Virus record (IMG/VR): IMGVR_UViG_3300028394_000074
Coordinates: 1 to 64,000 of that record
Origin: an uncultured virus (IMG/VR IMGVR_UViG_3300028394_000074)
Taxonomy: Duplodnaviria > Heunggongvirae > Uroviricota > Caudoviricetes
Strand: one strand, 5' to 3'
DNA: 64,000 bases
Shown here in pieces: positions 46,565 through 57,378 of this stretch (its first letter is position 1; each line of letters begins with the position of its first letter). The notes beneath the pieces are model-generated. The model did no database searches. It was not told the origin of the DNA and saw only the letters and a list, made by a program, of their open reading frames with translations. Position numbers and translations under genes: made by a program.

Positions 46565-48294
46565 TGTTTCACTCTCATAGGTTGACCATTTTGATAGATA
46601 ATTGGGTTGCCATTTTTATCGGTATCTTTAGTACCATCTTTTGGCTTATTCATTACTTTGCCAATTTTATTAGACAGCTCTAAATCGTATTTAGTAATAA
46701 TGCCTTGTACTTTAGGAGTATTCATAAAGGCATATGGGTCAGGATTTTTTATAGTTGTTTTGTATTTGTCCCACTCTTTTGCTAATTCTTTATTTCTATC
46801 GTGAACAATTTGCACAGTCAATGCTTGGGCAATATTTTGCTCTGGAGGGTACTTAGAACTTAAACCTTTAGCAGCTTGAGAAATGGTTGTTAACTGAGCA
46901 CCCATTTTGGAGCCTGTACCACCAAATTGTTCTTTCTCATACGCAATACCAAGCTGTTTAGCCAAGTTGTCTAAACGAGAGCGTTTTGTCATAGCATCTT
47001 CACCAGAGAAAAACTCTTTCATGCCAGTTAAAATACCACTTTCTCGTTGACCAGTTTCACCTTGAGTATCTTCAGTGCGACCAGTGAGTTTCATTAAGAA
47101 ACCAACAGGATCTTTCTTGTAGCCATAACCAAAGTATTCTGGATGATCGGTAGCCATATCAATAATTTCTTGAGCTTGTTGGTTAGTAGTCGGACCGAAA
47201 GATTGATTTGTTATATCTGCAATAAACTTACCAGCAGCAATACGCTCTTCTTCCATTGATTTTAATTCTGCTGAGTTTTTTGATTGCTCTTGTTGCAAAC
47301 CACTTTGTTGCCCACGACCAGCAAACTCTGGGTTAAAAGAATAGTCTATTGCTGGTGCTGGCGACACAGTTACTTTGCCTTGAATTGGAGGCGCTGCTTG
47401 AGCATTGCCGCTACCAGTTAATGCACTAATAATGTTTTCTGCCATACTGCCTTGTGGGGCGGCTTGCGCAATTGGGGCTTGATTCATCGGCATTGGGGTT
47501 GGCATTGGAGCCATTGGAGCGTTTTCTGGTTGAGCACCATCAGCCATATAGCGAATTGAGCCACCCATGGCTTTTTTCTGAACGGGTTGGATTTTAGGAT
47601 CTTGCAAAACACCTCTAAATTGCGGAGGAACAATCTGTCTGTCTTGCCAATTTTGAAGATCCGCTTTAGTAATTTTGGCTGAAAAGTTACGATACTGACC
47701 AGTAGTGTCATATCCGCTAACAGTAGCATCAACAACATCCATACCTTTGTATTCTGCTCCAGCTCGAGCATAAATATCTGAAAGAGATTTAAATGCGGAT
47801 TTAAATCCTGCAACATCGTTTGTATCGGCGTAGTTTTTTAAATTTTGGTAATCATAAATAGACAAAGGCACACCATTAAATGTGTAGCCACTGTCTTGTC
47901 CTCTTGCGGCTTTTACATCACCGCCTTGAGGTTGTGTGCCAGCTTGTGGCATTGCTCCTGTCTGACCAAAACCAGATTTAATAGAGCCAAGTTGTTGTCT
48001 CATTAAGTCAGCTTGCGCTGTGAGCATGCCAATGTTTTGTAATTCTTGAGCTTCTTTAGCCCGCTTTTCACCAAGCATAGTAACACCAGCTTCTGGATGA
48101 TACGCTGTACGAGCAACCATTTCATCTAGATTGCCTTGAAGTGCTTTCCAAGGGCTACTTAATTCAGCAGCACGACGCTGTAAGTTTTGTAAAATTTCAG
48201 ACGAATTAGGAGACGCAGCAATAGTCTCAGCATTGTATTCTGCTGTTGATTTTGGTCTTGGTTGTAATGCGTCTAGTGGTTGTGTATCTGCCAT
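46561..48294 (-). CDS. Internal virion (ejection) protein
   Basis: Helical, Gln-rich; internal KKAMGG. Confidence 0.5.
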   Translation of the reverse strand: MADTQPLDALQPRPKSTAEYNAETIAASPNSSEILQNLQRRAAELSSPWKALQGNLDEMVARTAYHPEAGVTMLGEKRAKEAQELQNIGMLTAQADLMRQQLGSIKSGFGQTGAMPQAGTQPQGGDVKAARGQDSGYTFNGVPLSIYDYQNLKNYADTNDVAGFKSAFKSLSDIYARAGAEYKGMDVVDATVSGYDTTGQYRNFSAKITKADLQNWQDRQIVPPQFRGVLQDPKIQPVQKKAMGGSIRYMADGAQPENAPMAPMPTPMPMNQAPIAQAAPQGSMAENIISALTGSGNAQAAPPIQGKVTVSPAPAIDYSFNPEFAGRGQQSGLQQEQSKNSAELKSMEEERIAAGKFIADITNQSFGPTTNQQAQEIIDMATDHPEYFGYGYKKDPVGFLMKLTGRTEDTQGETGQRESGILTGMKEFFSGEDAMTKRSRLDNLAKQLGIAYEKEQFGGTGSKMGAQLTTISQAAKGLSSKYPPEQNIAQALTVQIVHDRNKELAKEWDKYKTTIKNPDPYAFMNTPKVQGIITKYDLELSNKIGKVMNKPKDGTKDTDKNGNPIIYQNGQPMRVKQ

Positions 48295-48295
48295 A

Positions 48296-49264
48296 TTAAC
48301 CTACCTCTCCTTGACTTAAACTAGTATCAGTACCTGGCAATGGATTGTATGTAGTATTACCACCCGTTGGATCTAATATTCCCATATTTACATTAGCTGC
48401 TGTTTGATTTGCAGCTGCTTGAGATGCCGCATCTGAACCACCAAAAATGCTATTCCAAGATGGTAATAAACCAGGTGGTATATAACCAGAAGTTCCTGGT
48501 GTCCCAGCTCCTTTACCAAATATACTATTTAATAAATTAGTACCCACTGATGGCAAACCAGCCAGTGTGCTAACCATTTGTAATGGGGATTGTTGATTTT
48601 GTTGCGATACAGTTGCGGGAACATTGACTGAATTAATCAAGTTAGAATAGTTAGTAGCACCTTGGAATGGAGCATTCATTTGTGCTGCGCCTGTTGTCAA
48701 GCCAGCGGTAATACCTTGTGCGCCTACATTGCCTAATGCACCACCAGCGGTAGCACCAGTTTGTTGGTTTTGTAATGCGGCTTGCATTTGTTGGGCTTGT
48801 AATGTAGACAGTGCATTTGTCTTAGCAGTGTCAACCGCTGTTTGGGCACGCAAACCACCAAAACCACCAGAACCAATTCCAGAAGCTTGTGTTGGCGCAA
48901 TAGCTGTTGGCATAAGTTGATTTAATTGCTGGTTTTGTGCTTGAAATAAACCACCCAAAGCTGTTTGAGTATTAGGACTAACTTGACCAGTTACTGGATC
49001 AGTAATCCAAGGATTGGCTGCACCTTGAGCAATGGTATTTAAACTACCTTGTGCTTGGGTAAAAGGATTAGCTTGACCTTGAAGGGTATTAACAGCGCCT
49101 TGAGCTGTTGTATTCCCAAATGTGGGTGCTTGTCCTAACGCACTACCAGCTTGGTTAACAACATTTTGTTGCGCTGTATCGTACCAAGATGGTAGTGTCG
49201 TTTGTACCTGATTAGTACTTGACAGTATATTGTTTAATCCGGAGGAGTTTGTTGTCCCAGCCAT
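48296..49264 (-). CDS. Internal virion / DNA-transfer protein
   Basis: TTLPSWY, GGFGGLRA, Gln/Gly-rich like P22-type pilot proteins. Confidence 0.55.
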   Translation of the reverse strand: MAGTTNSSGLNNILSSTNQVQTTLPSWYDTAQQNVVNQAGSALGQAPTFGNTTAQGAVNTLQGQANPFTQAQGSLNTIAQGAANPWITDPVTGQVSPNTQTALGGLFQAQNQQLNQLMPTAIAPTQASGIGSGGFGGLRAQTAVDTAKTNALSTLQAQQMQAALQNQQTGATAGGALGNVGAQGITAGLTTGAAQMNAPFQGATNYSNLINSVNVPATVSQQNQQSPLQMVSTLAGLPSVGTNLLNSIFGKGAGTPGTSGYIPPGLLPSWNSIFGGSDAASQAAANQTAANVNMGILDPTGGNTTYNPLPGTDTSLSQGEVG

Positions 49265-52200
49265 TATTTTTTCACCTTACGTTTTGCTTCTAATAAATAA
49301 CCCAATGCACCTTTGCTATCTAAAGACCGATGCTTGGTGTCATGTTTTTGTTTTTGTGATTTGATTGCTTTTAAAAATGAATCTAATACTTTAGCGCCTT
49401 GATCATTACTACCATTTCCCAATGCTGAAACTACATTGGCTGGAATTACAAATTCACCATTTGATAACATCGCTGGAATACTATCGCTTGTTCCAGTACC
49501 GGGGCCTTGCACATACTTGTTTTGCATAGATCCAAGACCACCCTCGCTGTAAAACTGAGGATTAAAACCTTGAGGAATAGATCCTCCATCAGCTTTACTA
49601 GGTATTGGATATAATGGTATACCACCCAAACCAAATAGATTGGCGTGTTGAGTTTGTTTACCACGCATTAATACGGGTTTTAAAGATAAATCATCGTCAG
49701 CTTTACCGCCAGTAGCAAGATGCATTATACCACCATCGGCTGCGTTTTCAATTTCTTCCAAAGAGTTTGGATTAGGAGCTGGAGTAGCATAACTAACTGT
49801 TGGTACATTAAAGCTACCTAAAGGAGAAGCAATTTGCGATCCTTTTACAAAAGTACCTTTTGGTGCCGTTGGTGCTGTGGTTGCTAAAGAAGATAATCCT
49901 GCTGATGTGCCTGTTCCTAATTTTAAACCAGCTAAAGCAGCAGCTAACCCAGCGGCAGTTAAACCCGCTGTTGCACCACTACTACCAGTTGTTGATGTTG
50001 TGCCACCACTGGTTGTACCACCAGCTACTGTACCGCCACCATCAGTGGTACCACCAGCTACTGTACCGCCACCATCAGCTACTGTACCGCCACCACCAGC
50101 TACTGTGCCGCCACCATCAGTTGTGCCACCAGCTACTGTGCCACTACCATCAGTTGTGCCACCAGCTACTGTGCCACTACCAGTTGTTGTACCAGCTACT
50201 GTACCGCCACCATCAGTTGTGCCACCAGCTACTGTGCCACTACCAGTTGTTGTACCACTAGTACCAGTTTCAGTAGGTAGGTTACTAATAATATCCGTAG
50301 GAGTAAGGGCTGTTGGCGTTTCTGTAGGTAGATTATTTACTGGAGCATTAACAGTTTCTACTGGAGTAGGTGTTACTGGAGCATTAACAGTTTCTACTGG
50401 AGTAGGTGTTACTGGAGCATTAACAGTTTCTACTGGAGTAGGTGTTACTGGAGCATTAACAGTTTCTACTGGAGTAGGTGTTGGTGTTACAGGCAGAGCA
50501 CCAGTTTCTACTGGAGTAGGTGTTGGTGTTACAGGCAGAGCACCAGTTTCTACTGGAGTAGGTGTTGGTGTTACAGGCAGAGCACCAGTTTCTACTGGAG
50601 TAGGGGCATTATCCGTTGGTAAATTGCTAAGAATATCAATTGGTGAAACACCAGCATCCGTAGGTTGTGAAGTCGAATTTAAAATCTCTCCGGTATTTGG
50701 ATCTGAAACAACTATACTACCATCACCCATTGTTTCCGTAACAGTACCATCGGAGTTTTTAGTAGTATCAACCACAGTTTGTGATGGATCTTCTGCCACT
50801 GGCGTTTGAATGGGCACATATGGAATAGGCGAACCACCACCAACATCAGTCATTGTGGGTGGAGCTCCTTCAACTGTTACATTTGCAGCAGTTTGACTCC
50901 CTGTAGTTGGTGGTTGATCTGGGTTAGCAAACGCATCAGCTAATTGATTGTAATATGAATCCGCTGTAGCGCTATTGGTTGGGGCTTGCATTGTGGCTAC
51001 ACCAGGAGACCAATTACTTGCTAATTGACCCTGTGAAATTTGATCTAAACCATGAAGATCATTAGCAATCACATTAGAAGTTTTAGCTAAATCTGCGTTG
51101 GTGTTAGAGTAATCAGTTAACGCTGTTTTTAAACCATCCGAACTTGTTGTAAACGCTGTATATAAAGGTTCAATACTGGTTTTATATACATTAGCTAAAT
51201 TTTGATTTGCTGTATCATAAGCAGCATATGCAGTATTAAATTGTGGTATTAAACTATTTAGTTGTGGTGCAAGACTGTTTGCTAAATCGTACGATGTTTT
51301 ATCAGTTCTACCAGAAGCATCATATTTTGCAACAGCACTATCATATTGTTTTTGTATTGGAACAACTTGATCGTACAAAGTTTTTGCGGTAGTTGCTAAT
51401 TGTGTTGTATTGTCACGAAGATCATTATATCCAGTTTTACTAATAGCATCAGATAACGCCATTTTATCTGTTTGATTTTGAGAATAAATACCATTTGCTT
51501 TATTTGCTGCATCGGCTAAACTAGCTTGTTGTTCAGCCAATGTTGGATAATATTTAGCTAAATCGTCAGAAATTTTATCCGATTGGTTTTTTAAATACTG
51601 CGATGCTATATCCATAGTCATCGGACCTTCAATACCAGCCAATGAAACAGTGCCATTGGGGGTTGGGGTACTGTAGTCGTGGATAGTAGCGGGTTCCGCA
51701 CTAGCCGATGGAGCTGTTAATAAACCTTTTCCTGCGTTTATACCAGCGCCTAAACCCATTCCTAAAGTAGAACCAATTGCTGCGTTTTCAGCACCAGTTA
51801 ATACATCACCGCCAGTAGCTCCCGCTTTTGCTGCACCGACTCCCGTGCTTGCTAATATTTTAGATATGTTAGGATCAATACCAGCTTGTGTTAAACCAGT
51901 TGATGCCTGATTACCTAAATACGAAAGTCCTGTATTTAATGCAGTGTTGGCTAACATTGTCGAAGGATTTGCACCAGAAGCTAAACTTTTACTAGCAGAT
52001 AATATTGCACTGCTTAACGCTGGACTATTAATACCATATTGCGCTAAAGTTTGACCAATACCACTTAATGATGCACCAGTAAGACCACCCATTAATGCAC
52101 CAGTTAATGCGCCTTTTAAAGGATCTGTTCCTCTTATTAAGCTATTAACAGTGCCCATACCGCCACCATATAATGAACCACTACCTGCACTACTTAAAAG

Positions 52201-52698
52201 TTGTGATGCTACGGATGGTGTAAGTGAATTTATTCCTGTGTAGCCTAATTCACCATATGTTGGTCCCATGGCACCGGGCCCCAAACCTGTATAGCCTAAT
52301 TCAGCATATGTTGGCCCCATGGCACCAGCACCAACACCAGTAAGGGCAGCGGCACCAGAACCACCAGCGGATCCCACAGTAGCACCTGCAGATCCAGCGG
52401 CAGAACCACTGGCAGAATATCCTGCAGCATAGTCAGCTGCTTCTAAAGCTGGTGCGGCTTCTGCCAAAAAAGCAGCCATATATGGTGCTGCTATAGCTAA
52501 TGCGGCAACACCTAAAGTTGCCCAACCACCAGGGATGTTGTCGCCAACCGCTTTGTCTAACTGAGCACCGGCTTTACCAATAGCAGGACCAGGATCAATT
52601 TTAGCTAAAGCGCCCAATACTCCACCACCACTGCCGTCTGTTCCTAGGGCTTTTGATACCGTATCAGTTATTGCACTAAATGGATTTACGCCGCTCAT
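49264..52698 (-). CDS. Large internal virion protein with tandem repeats and a C-terminal GPGTGTSDSIPAMLSNGEFV domain
   Basis: Gly-zipper N-terminus, coiled coil, Thr/Pro and Gly/Thr repeats, four AxGG-type motifs. Confidence 0.6.
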   Translation of the reverse strand: MSGVNPFSAITDTVSKALGTDGSGGGVLGALAKIDPGPAIGKAGAQLDKAVGDNIPGGWATLGVAALAIAAPYMAAFLAEAAPALEAADYAAGYSASGSAAGSAGATVGSAGGSGAAALTGVGAGAMGPTYAELGYTGLGPGAMGPTYGELGYTGINSLTPSVASQLLSSAGSGSLYGGGMGTVNSLIRGTDPLKGALTGALMGGLTGASLSGIGQTLAQYGINSPALSSAILSASKSLASGANPSTMLANTALNTGLSYLGNQASTGLTQAGIDPNISKILASTGVGAAKAGATGGDVLTGAENAAIGSTLGMGLGAGINAGKGLLTAPSASAEPATIHDYSTPTPNGTVSLAGIEGPMTMDIASQYLKNQSDKISDDLAKYYPTLAEQQASLADAANKANGIYSQNQTDKMALSDAISKTGYNDLRDNTTQLATTAKTLYDQVVPIQKQYDSAVAKYDASGRTDKTSYDLANSLAPQLNSLIPQFNTAYAAYDTANQNLANVYKTSIEPLYTAFTTSSDGLKTALTDYSNTNADLAKTSNVIANDLHGLDQISQGQLASNWSPGVATMQAPTNSATADSYYNQLADAFANPDQPPTTGSQTAANVTVEGAPPTMTDVGGGSPIPYVPIQTPVAEDPSQTVVDTTKNSDGTVTETMGDGSIVVSDPNTGEILNSTSQPTDAGVSPIDILSNLPTDNAPTPVETGALPVTPTPTPVETGALPVTPTPTPVETGALPVTPTPTPVETVNAPVTPTPVETVNAPVTPTPVETVNAPVTPTPVETVNAPVNNLPTETPTALTPTDIISNLPTETGTSGTTTGSGTVAGGTTDGGGTVAGTTTGSGTVAGGTTDGSGTVAGGTTDGGGTVAGGGGTVADGGGTVAGGTTDGGGTVAGGTTSGGTTSTTGSSGATAGLTAAGLAAALAGLKLGTGTSAGLSSLATTAPTAPKGTFVKGSQIASPLGSFNVPTVSYATPAPNPNSLEEIENAADGGIMHLATGGKADDDLSLKPVLMRGKQTQHANLFGLGGIPLYPIPSKADGGSIPQGFNPQFYSEGGLGSMQNKYVQGPGTGTSDSIPAMLSNGEFVIPANVVSALGNGSNDQGAKVLDSFLKAIKSQKQKHDTKHRSLDSKGALGYLLEAKRKVKK
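50010..50605 (-). repeat. Coding tandem repeats (TPTPVETGALPV, TPTPVETVNAPV, GTVAGGTTDG)
   Basis: 42-nt, 36-nt and about 33-nt near-identical units. Confidence 0.85.
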
Positions 52699-53075
52699 AA
52701 GTCAGCCATCCATTTATAACGCTCAATGTTTGAATTTTGTATTTTTAAACCAAGGCTAGTTAATAGCTGTAATGTTTTTTGTAAAATAGGACCGCCGTCT
52801 TCACCATACACGCGTTTAAATCCACCTTTTTTGGTTTCTTTAATAAAGTGTTGCATGGCGCTTTTTACTTTTTGTGGGGTATCGCAAGTGAAAAAATTAA
52901 TTTCTCCACAGCCTTTTCCCAAGTTTATTAAAAACAAAACAGAGTCATTAAATTGTATAACTATTGCCTGATGTTTATTTTTCATTGCCACCATCGTTTC
53001 CAATAGACGAGCAGTGTCTTCTTGGCTATGGCCAAAACGTTTCTGGTCTTCGGTAATAATCTCAGATGGTGTCAT
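52695..53075 (-). CDS. Hypothetical virion-operon protein
   Basis: First gene after the variant phage promoter. Confidence 0.55.
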   Translation of the reverse strand: MTPSEIITEDQKRFGHSQEDTARLLETMVAMKNKHQAIVIQFNDSVLFLINLGKGCGEINFFTCDTPQKVKSAMQHFIKETKKGGFKRVYGEDGGPILQKTLQLLTSLGLKIQNSNIERYKWMADL

Positions 53076-53085
53076 AGTCTATTTA

Positions 53086-53116
53086 TACTAATACGCAGTT
53101 TTGGAGTTTTGTGCCC
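53086..53116 (-). promoter_or_regulatory. Variant phage late promoter GGGC-N17-CGTATTAGTA
   Basis: Same -35 and spacing; -10 shares G.AT.AGTA. Confidence 0.6.
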
Positions 53117-53120
53117 TAAA

Positions 53121-53381
53121 TCAACGACTTGGGCCGTTGATTGATAATGCTAAGTCTCTAGCCCAATCCTGCCAGTTTTCATAATTTGCTGGGTCAGATA
53201 CTGGGTACGCCGAAAAGGTTTGTAGCTGTGCTATCTGTGAGGCGATGGTTTTCCAGTCGTCCTCTATACTTGTGCCAATTGGCTCTTGTCCATAGTAAAT
53301 GATAAAATTACCATTCCAATCTTCCCAGCTCATGTAATCTGGAGAAAACGGAAAAAATGCTTCAGTTTTACGGACGCTCAT
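53121..53381 (-). CDS. Small tail-associated protein
   Basis: Trp-rich (W.DW...W..A...P....WQDWA); overlaps the nozzle gene. Confidence 0.55.
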   Translation of the reverse strand: MSVRKTEAFFPFSPDYMSWEDWNGNFIIYYGQEPIGTSIEDDWKTIASQIAQLQTFSAYPVSDPANYENWQDWARDLALSINGPSR

Positions 53382-55494
53382 CACCAAACTCAGCAGTAAT
53401 TAGGTTACGCCCCATCTCGTAGTTACCATCAATGTCGTTAGAAACAAATTGTAAACGAACTAAGCGGTGCTCTACTCGTAGGTCAATCTTACCAGTTTCT
53501 TGGGTAAAGTAGTACGGGCCAGAGTTTTCTTCGTACTGACCAGATGCAAACTTACGTCCTAAAATAGTCATCGCCATGGTGCCAGATTGTAAAAAGTTAG
53601 GCTCAACGCGGCGTAAGTGCATACGACGATTGATTCCCATAAAGCTCTCTTGGCTTGGTGTACCAGTTAACCAACTAATATCGTTAGTAGTAATGCTGGA
53701 GTACACAGCTAGTTCGTTTTGCGGAGTTACTTGGTTTAGTCCATGCTCATGTTGCCAAATTGTGTAGCCACCAGAAATAGGGAACACTAACGTGCCAGCG
53801 GGTACGGAGACAGTAATTGCTGTTGCCAATGTGACTAACGTGGAGTTGTATGTAAAGTCAAAAACACTGGCAGTTACATCATAAACTTTTCTTGGGTCGT
53901 TTAAGTCAGTAGAAAACACAACGTGACTACCTGGAGGTAGTGTTCCAGAAATGTTTCCTTCTAAGTAAAATTGACTTGATGTCGGTGCTGGTGCACCTAC
54001 TGGTGTTGTAATAATTGTGTCTGGGTTACTAACTGTTGTATCGTACTCCCAACCAGCCCAAATAGGCGTTGGAAATAACTCAGTAGTGTAGCCACAAGAA
54101 CGACGAGCACCAATAGCAGAACCTGCGTCATACCACAACTTATCTTTTACATTGTAAATAATAGCATCGGTACACTCAGTTGCCGTGCCTCTAGGATAGA
54201 AAAACCAAATCTCGTTGTACCTTGGAACCTTGGTAGCCCAAACTTTTTGACGTTGTGTATAGTTAATGTTATCAAATAACCAGTTTACGTTCTTGTCGTT
54301 TGGCAATACTTGCACAGTACCACCGTACAAGTAAAATCTATCAACACCCATCCAGAAGAATATGCCATCCATTTCAACGACAGCGTTGGACGACATGATA
54401 GAGATTTGGCTAGAAACAATGTCATAAGACCAATATACTTGTGTAGCTTGTGAGTTAAACGACACACGAATTAAGCTGTCAGTAGACCAAAACAAGCCAG
54501 ACGGTGCGTTAGTACCACCACGCATTGGCATACCTTTAACAATCTTTGATGAAGATACGTTTACTTGGTTAGCTAGTGGACCGTTCCAGTCGTATAAGGT
54601 TTGCTCGTTGTAAACATTGCTTACATTATTGTTGGCAATATATCCATGCGATCCATACACAAAGATAAATGGGTATAGTACACAAACACCACCATCTACA
54701 GAAATAGTTTGGTATGTTGGGTTTTGACCAGCACTGTCAGATAGTCCAGTAAAATTAAATTGATTATTCGGATCTGGAGATACATTACCCACTAATATTT
54801 GAGACTCAACACCGCTGTCAATGTTTTGTAAGTTTAAGCCAGGGTGAGCAATTAAATTTAATGTTCCACCCGATGGGCTAAACTGCGCATCAAATTGCCA
54901 GTTATTTCTATCATCCGCTGTAAATAAAGTGCCTTTTAACCAGGTCTGCGTAATGGTTCCTGCAGGAGCCGCTGGACTAAATATAATAGTCGTGCTATTT
55001 GTGACCCCACCAGTGTACGTTGCTGAACTAACAGTATAGGCTGTTGCAACACTAGAATTGGTAAAAATAATTTCTTCGCCAGCAGCAAATACTGCAGTGC
55101 CGTCACCAGCAATAGTAATTTGTGTAGTAGTATTTGCAGTTACCGTAGCCTGAACAATTCCGGGTAACATGTTGGCAATGTACGGGCCACTACCAGAGCC
55201 ATAAGTTGTTCCAGTGGTAAATACATCTAAAGTATCAGCAGTTCCAGCAAAAACATAGTTAACACCATTGTACGGAATGTTAATCATGCCGCGGTAGATG
55301 CCATTAAAACTAGTGAACAATGTGGCAAAGCCACCTATTTTCTTAGGGTCGCCACGTTGAAAACGGCACCATACGCCGTCGGTGTACTGATCAGCTTGGA
55401 ACACGGTACCGTCGCGTTTAATTCCAGGCTGTACTACTAGGCTGTAAATCCTTGTGTACTGCGACATGTCCTGTTGCTGATTATCAGCCGCCAT
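53368..55494 (-). CDS. Tail nozzle / tail tubular protein B-like
   Basis: PGIKRDGT, beta-propeller-like repeats, YNEIWFFYP. Confidence 0.7.
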   Translation of the reverse strand: MAADNQQQDMSQYTRIYSLVVQPGIKRDGTVFQADQYTDGVWCRFQRGDPKKIGGFATLFTSFNGIYRGMINIPYNGVNYVFAGTADTLDVFTTGTTYGSGSGPYIANMLPGIVQATVTANTTTQITIAGDGTAVFAAGEEIIFTNSSVATAYTVSSATYTGGVTNSTTIIFSPAAPAGTITQTWLKGTLFTADDRNNWQFDAQFSPSGGTLNLIAHPGLNLQNIDSGVESQILVGNVSPDPNNQFNFTGLSDSAGQNPTYQTISVDGGVCVLYPFIFVYGSHGYIANNNVSNVYNEQTLYDWNGPLANQVNVSSSKIVKGMPMRGGTNAPSGLFWSTDSLIRVSFNSQATQVYWSYDIVSSQISIMSSNAVVEMDGIFFWMGVDRFYLYGGTVQVLPNDKNVNWLFDNINYTQRQKVWATKVPRYNEIWFFYPRGTATECTDAIIYNVKDKLWYDAGSAIGARRSCGYTTELFPTPIWAGWEYDTTVSNPDTIITTPVGAPAPTSSQFYLEGNISGTLPPGSHVVFSTDLNDPRKVYDVTASVFDFTYNSTLVTLATAITVSVPAGTLVFPISGGYTIWQHEHGLNQVTPQNELAVYSSITTNDISWLTGTPSQESFMGINRRMHLRRVEPNFLQSGTMAMTILGRKFASGQYEENSGPYYFTQETGKIDLRVEHRLVRLQFVSNDIDGNYEMGRNLITAEFGDERP

Positions 55495-56754
55495 TTAGAA
55501 CGTTCCACCACTAATTAAGTCTGCTGTTAGTGTTGCATTAACTTTCATTTTTGGCAACAATGTGTTGGTGTTGTCCATGTATGCCATTTGAACACCATTG
55601 GCAGAAAAGCCAAGAATATTAGCGCCTACTAAGTACATGCCCGTGGTTGCGTCTGATATAAATGAATAGGACGGTGCTGCAGCAATGCCGTCAACGGCGT
55701 AGAAGAGGTTACTAGCCGTTGAAGTTAACAAGTACAAATTCTGGCTGTCACTTAAAACAGTGGCAATGTTGCCGGTAGTAACAACCAATGGTGGCTGTGC
55801 GCTACCTTGAATTTCAAACTCAATATTATAGTCTGCGTGACCTGTGTCATTTAAAAATATGTAAAGTTGTGTAGTAGCGGGCAACGTAACAGTTAGTGTT
55901 GTTGAGCGACTACCAGTCTGTGCAATGTAAGTTTGAATAATTGGCGCAAACGTTACTAAGCTAAACGTAGATCCAACAATAGAGTCAACGTCATAGGTTG
56001 CTGAAGTAAATGTTATGTTTGCTGGAGCGGCCAAGCCAACGGTTATAAAATTACCAGTGTTAACATCAAAAACAATAAACCCAGAATCGCCAGGGTTTGC
56101 TGTAACGCTACTAACGCCGTTGATTGTGTTTGGTGAAGGTGCATTGATAGCCAACGCACCAGTTCCATTGTTTCTAAATCCAATGTACCAACCAGTTGAA
56201 AGAGACGCAATTGTTGGTAATGTAAATGTGCCAGCGCCACTGTTCCAAGAAAAAGTAGAGGCACGACTTGCGTCGTTAATTGTTGGGCTTGTGGTTACAT
56301 TTACAATGTTTTGTGTGGTCGCTAATTGACCAGCTATGGTAGCTAAACCGGCGCCTTGAAGAGTTGCTGCGTCAGCGTACGATGTGCCCGCACCGAACTC
56401 AATGCTATCCCAAACACCACCCACAGAGCTATTATCAGTAAGGTATACATAACGAGCCATGCCGACTGTGATTGTAATTGTCTGACCACCAGCCGCGTCT
56501 TCTAAAACAAAACTGTTTGCACCCAGGTTACGAATAAGAATGTCTTCACCTACAGAACCCTGAGTGGCATCTGGTAAACTAATGGTTAGGCCGCTAGTAG
56601 AGGCAACGCAGTCCATAATACGGGCAGAAGGTACTTGTGTAGGATTAACTACTGCAGGCCAATAAAGCTGAGTATCTTCACTAAACGACAGAGCGTAATA
56701 CGATACGTCCGTTGGCTGGATAACATTGCCGGTAAATGGGGAAGTAAAAGTCAT
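55495..56754 (-). CDS. Tail structural protein
   Basis: Thr/Ser-rich TLP repeats, C-terminal PSYSF..D.TTGMY motif. Confidence 0.6.
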   Translation of the reverse strand: MTFTSPFTGNVIQPTDVSYYALSFSEDTQLYWPAVVNPTQVPSARIMDCVASTSGLTISLPDATQGSVGEDILIRNLGANSFVLEDAAGGQTITITVGMARYVYLTDNSSVGGVWDSIEFGAGTSYADAATLQGAGLATIAGQLATTQNIVNVTTSPTINDASRASTFSWNSGAGTFTLPTIASLSTGWYIGFRNNGTGALAINAPSPNTINGVSSVTANPGDSGFIVFDVNTGNFITVGLAAPANITFTSATYDVDSIVGSTFSLVTFAPIIQTYIAQTGSRSTTLTVTLPATTQLYIFLNDTGHADYNIEFEIQGSAQPPLVVTTGNIATVLSDSQNLYLLTSTASNLFYAVDGIAAAPSYSFISDATTGMYLVGANILGFSANGVQMAYMDNTNTLLPKMKVNATLTADLISGGTF

Positions 56755-56757
56755 ATA

Positions 56758-57378
56758 TTAAGGTTCCTGTACCGAAGTATTTCTGTCCACTCGGCGTGTA
56801 TTGTCTTCTTTTTTCAAGGCGGCCAATGCGTCTGTATAGTAGCCCTTCCAAATAGGCAACTTATCTAATGCTTTTAAGTATCCTTGAGCTTGTAACAATG
56901 TGCCAAATAGCATTGCTTGAGGAGCTTCTCTAGTAAACAGATTTTGTTGATTGGATGTATCTAATGGTTGAATTTCACTGTAGTAAATAATTTCTACAGG
57001 ATAGTCTGCGTCTGGTTCTGGAGCAAAAGCCCAATTATTGTAATCATACTCTCCATAATACAAGGGTACATTTGGGGTTGACTCAGACTGGTATTGTGCT
57101 ATGTAGTCTTGTGAACGCATTAGCATTGGCTTACCATTAGTCTTTAGTGAGACTGTTTTTCTCCAGCGGGCTGGCTTAGCAAGAACTACTTGGTTTTCAA
57201 GTAGTGTTGTTTCAACAACTGTCAACTGCAACAAAGTCTTTAACTCGGCAGCAATAGCAGACTCAGCCAATCCAATTAGGTTAGGAATCTGAGCAACAAA
57301 TTGAGCGTCGTTGCGCTCCATGTAGTTAATTACATCTTGTATGAGGTTATCATACGTCATCTGATATGCGCTGGTCAT
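56758..57378 (-). CDS. Head-tail adaptor / tail tubular protein A-like
   Basis: TYDNL...I...E, PEPD.DY..EI.YY, LFGTL.QA..YLK. Confidence 0.7.
   Translation of the reverse strand: MTSAYQMTYDNLIQDVINYMERNDAQFVAQIPNLIGLAESAIAAELKTLLQLTVVETTLLENQVVLAKPARWRKTVSLKTNGKPMLMRSQDYIAQYQSESTPNVPLYYGEYDYNNWAFAPEPDADYPVEIIYYSEIQPLDTSNQQNLFTREAPQAMLFGTLLQAQGYLKALDKLPIWKGYYTDALAALKKEDNTRRVDRNTSVQEP

Noticed and set aside
49877..50809. 310-aa plus-strand ORF
   Set aside because: Antisense shadow of Thr/Gly/Pro repeats in the internal virion gene
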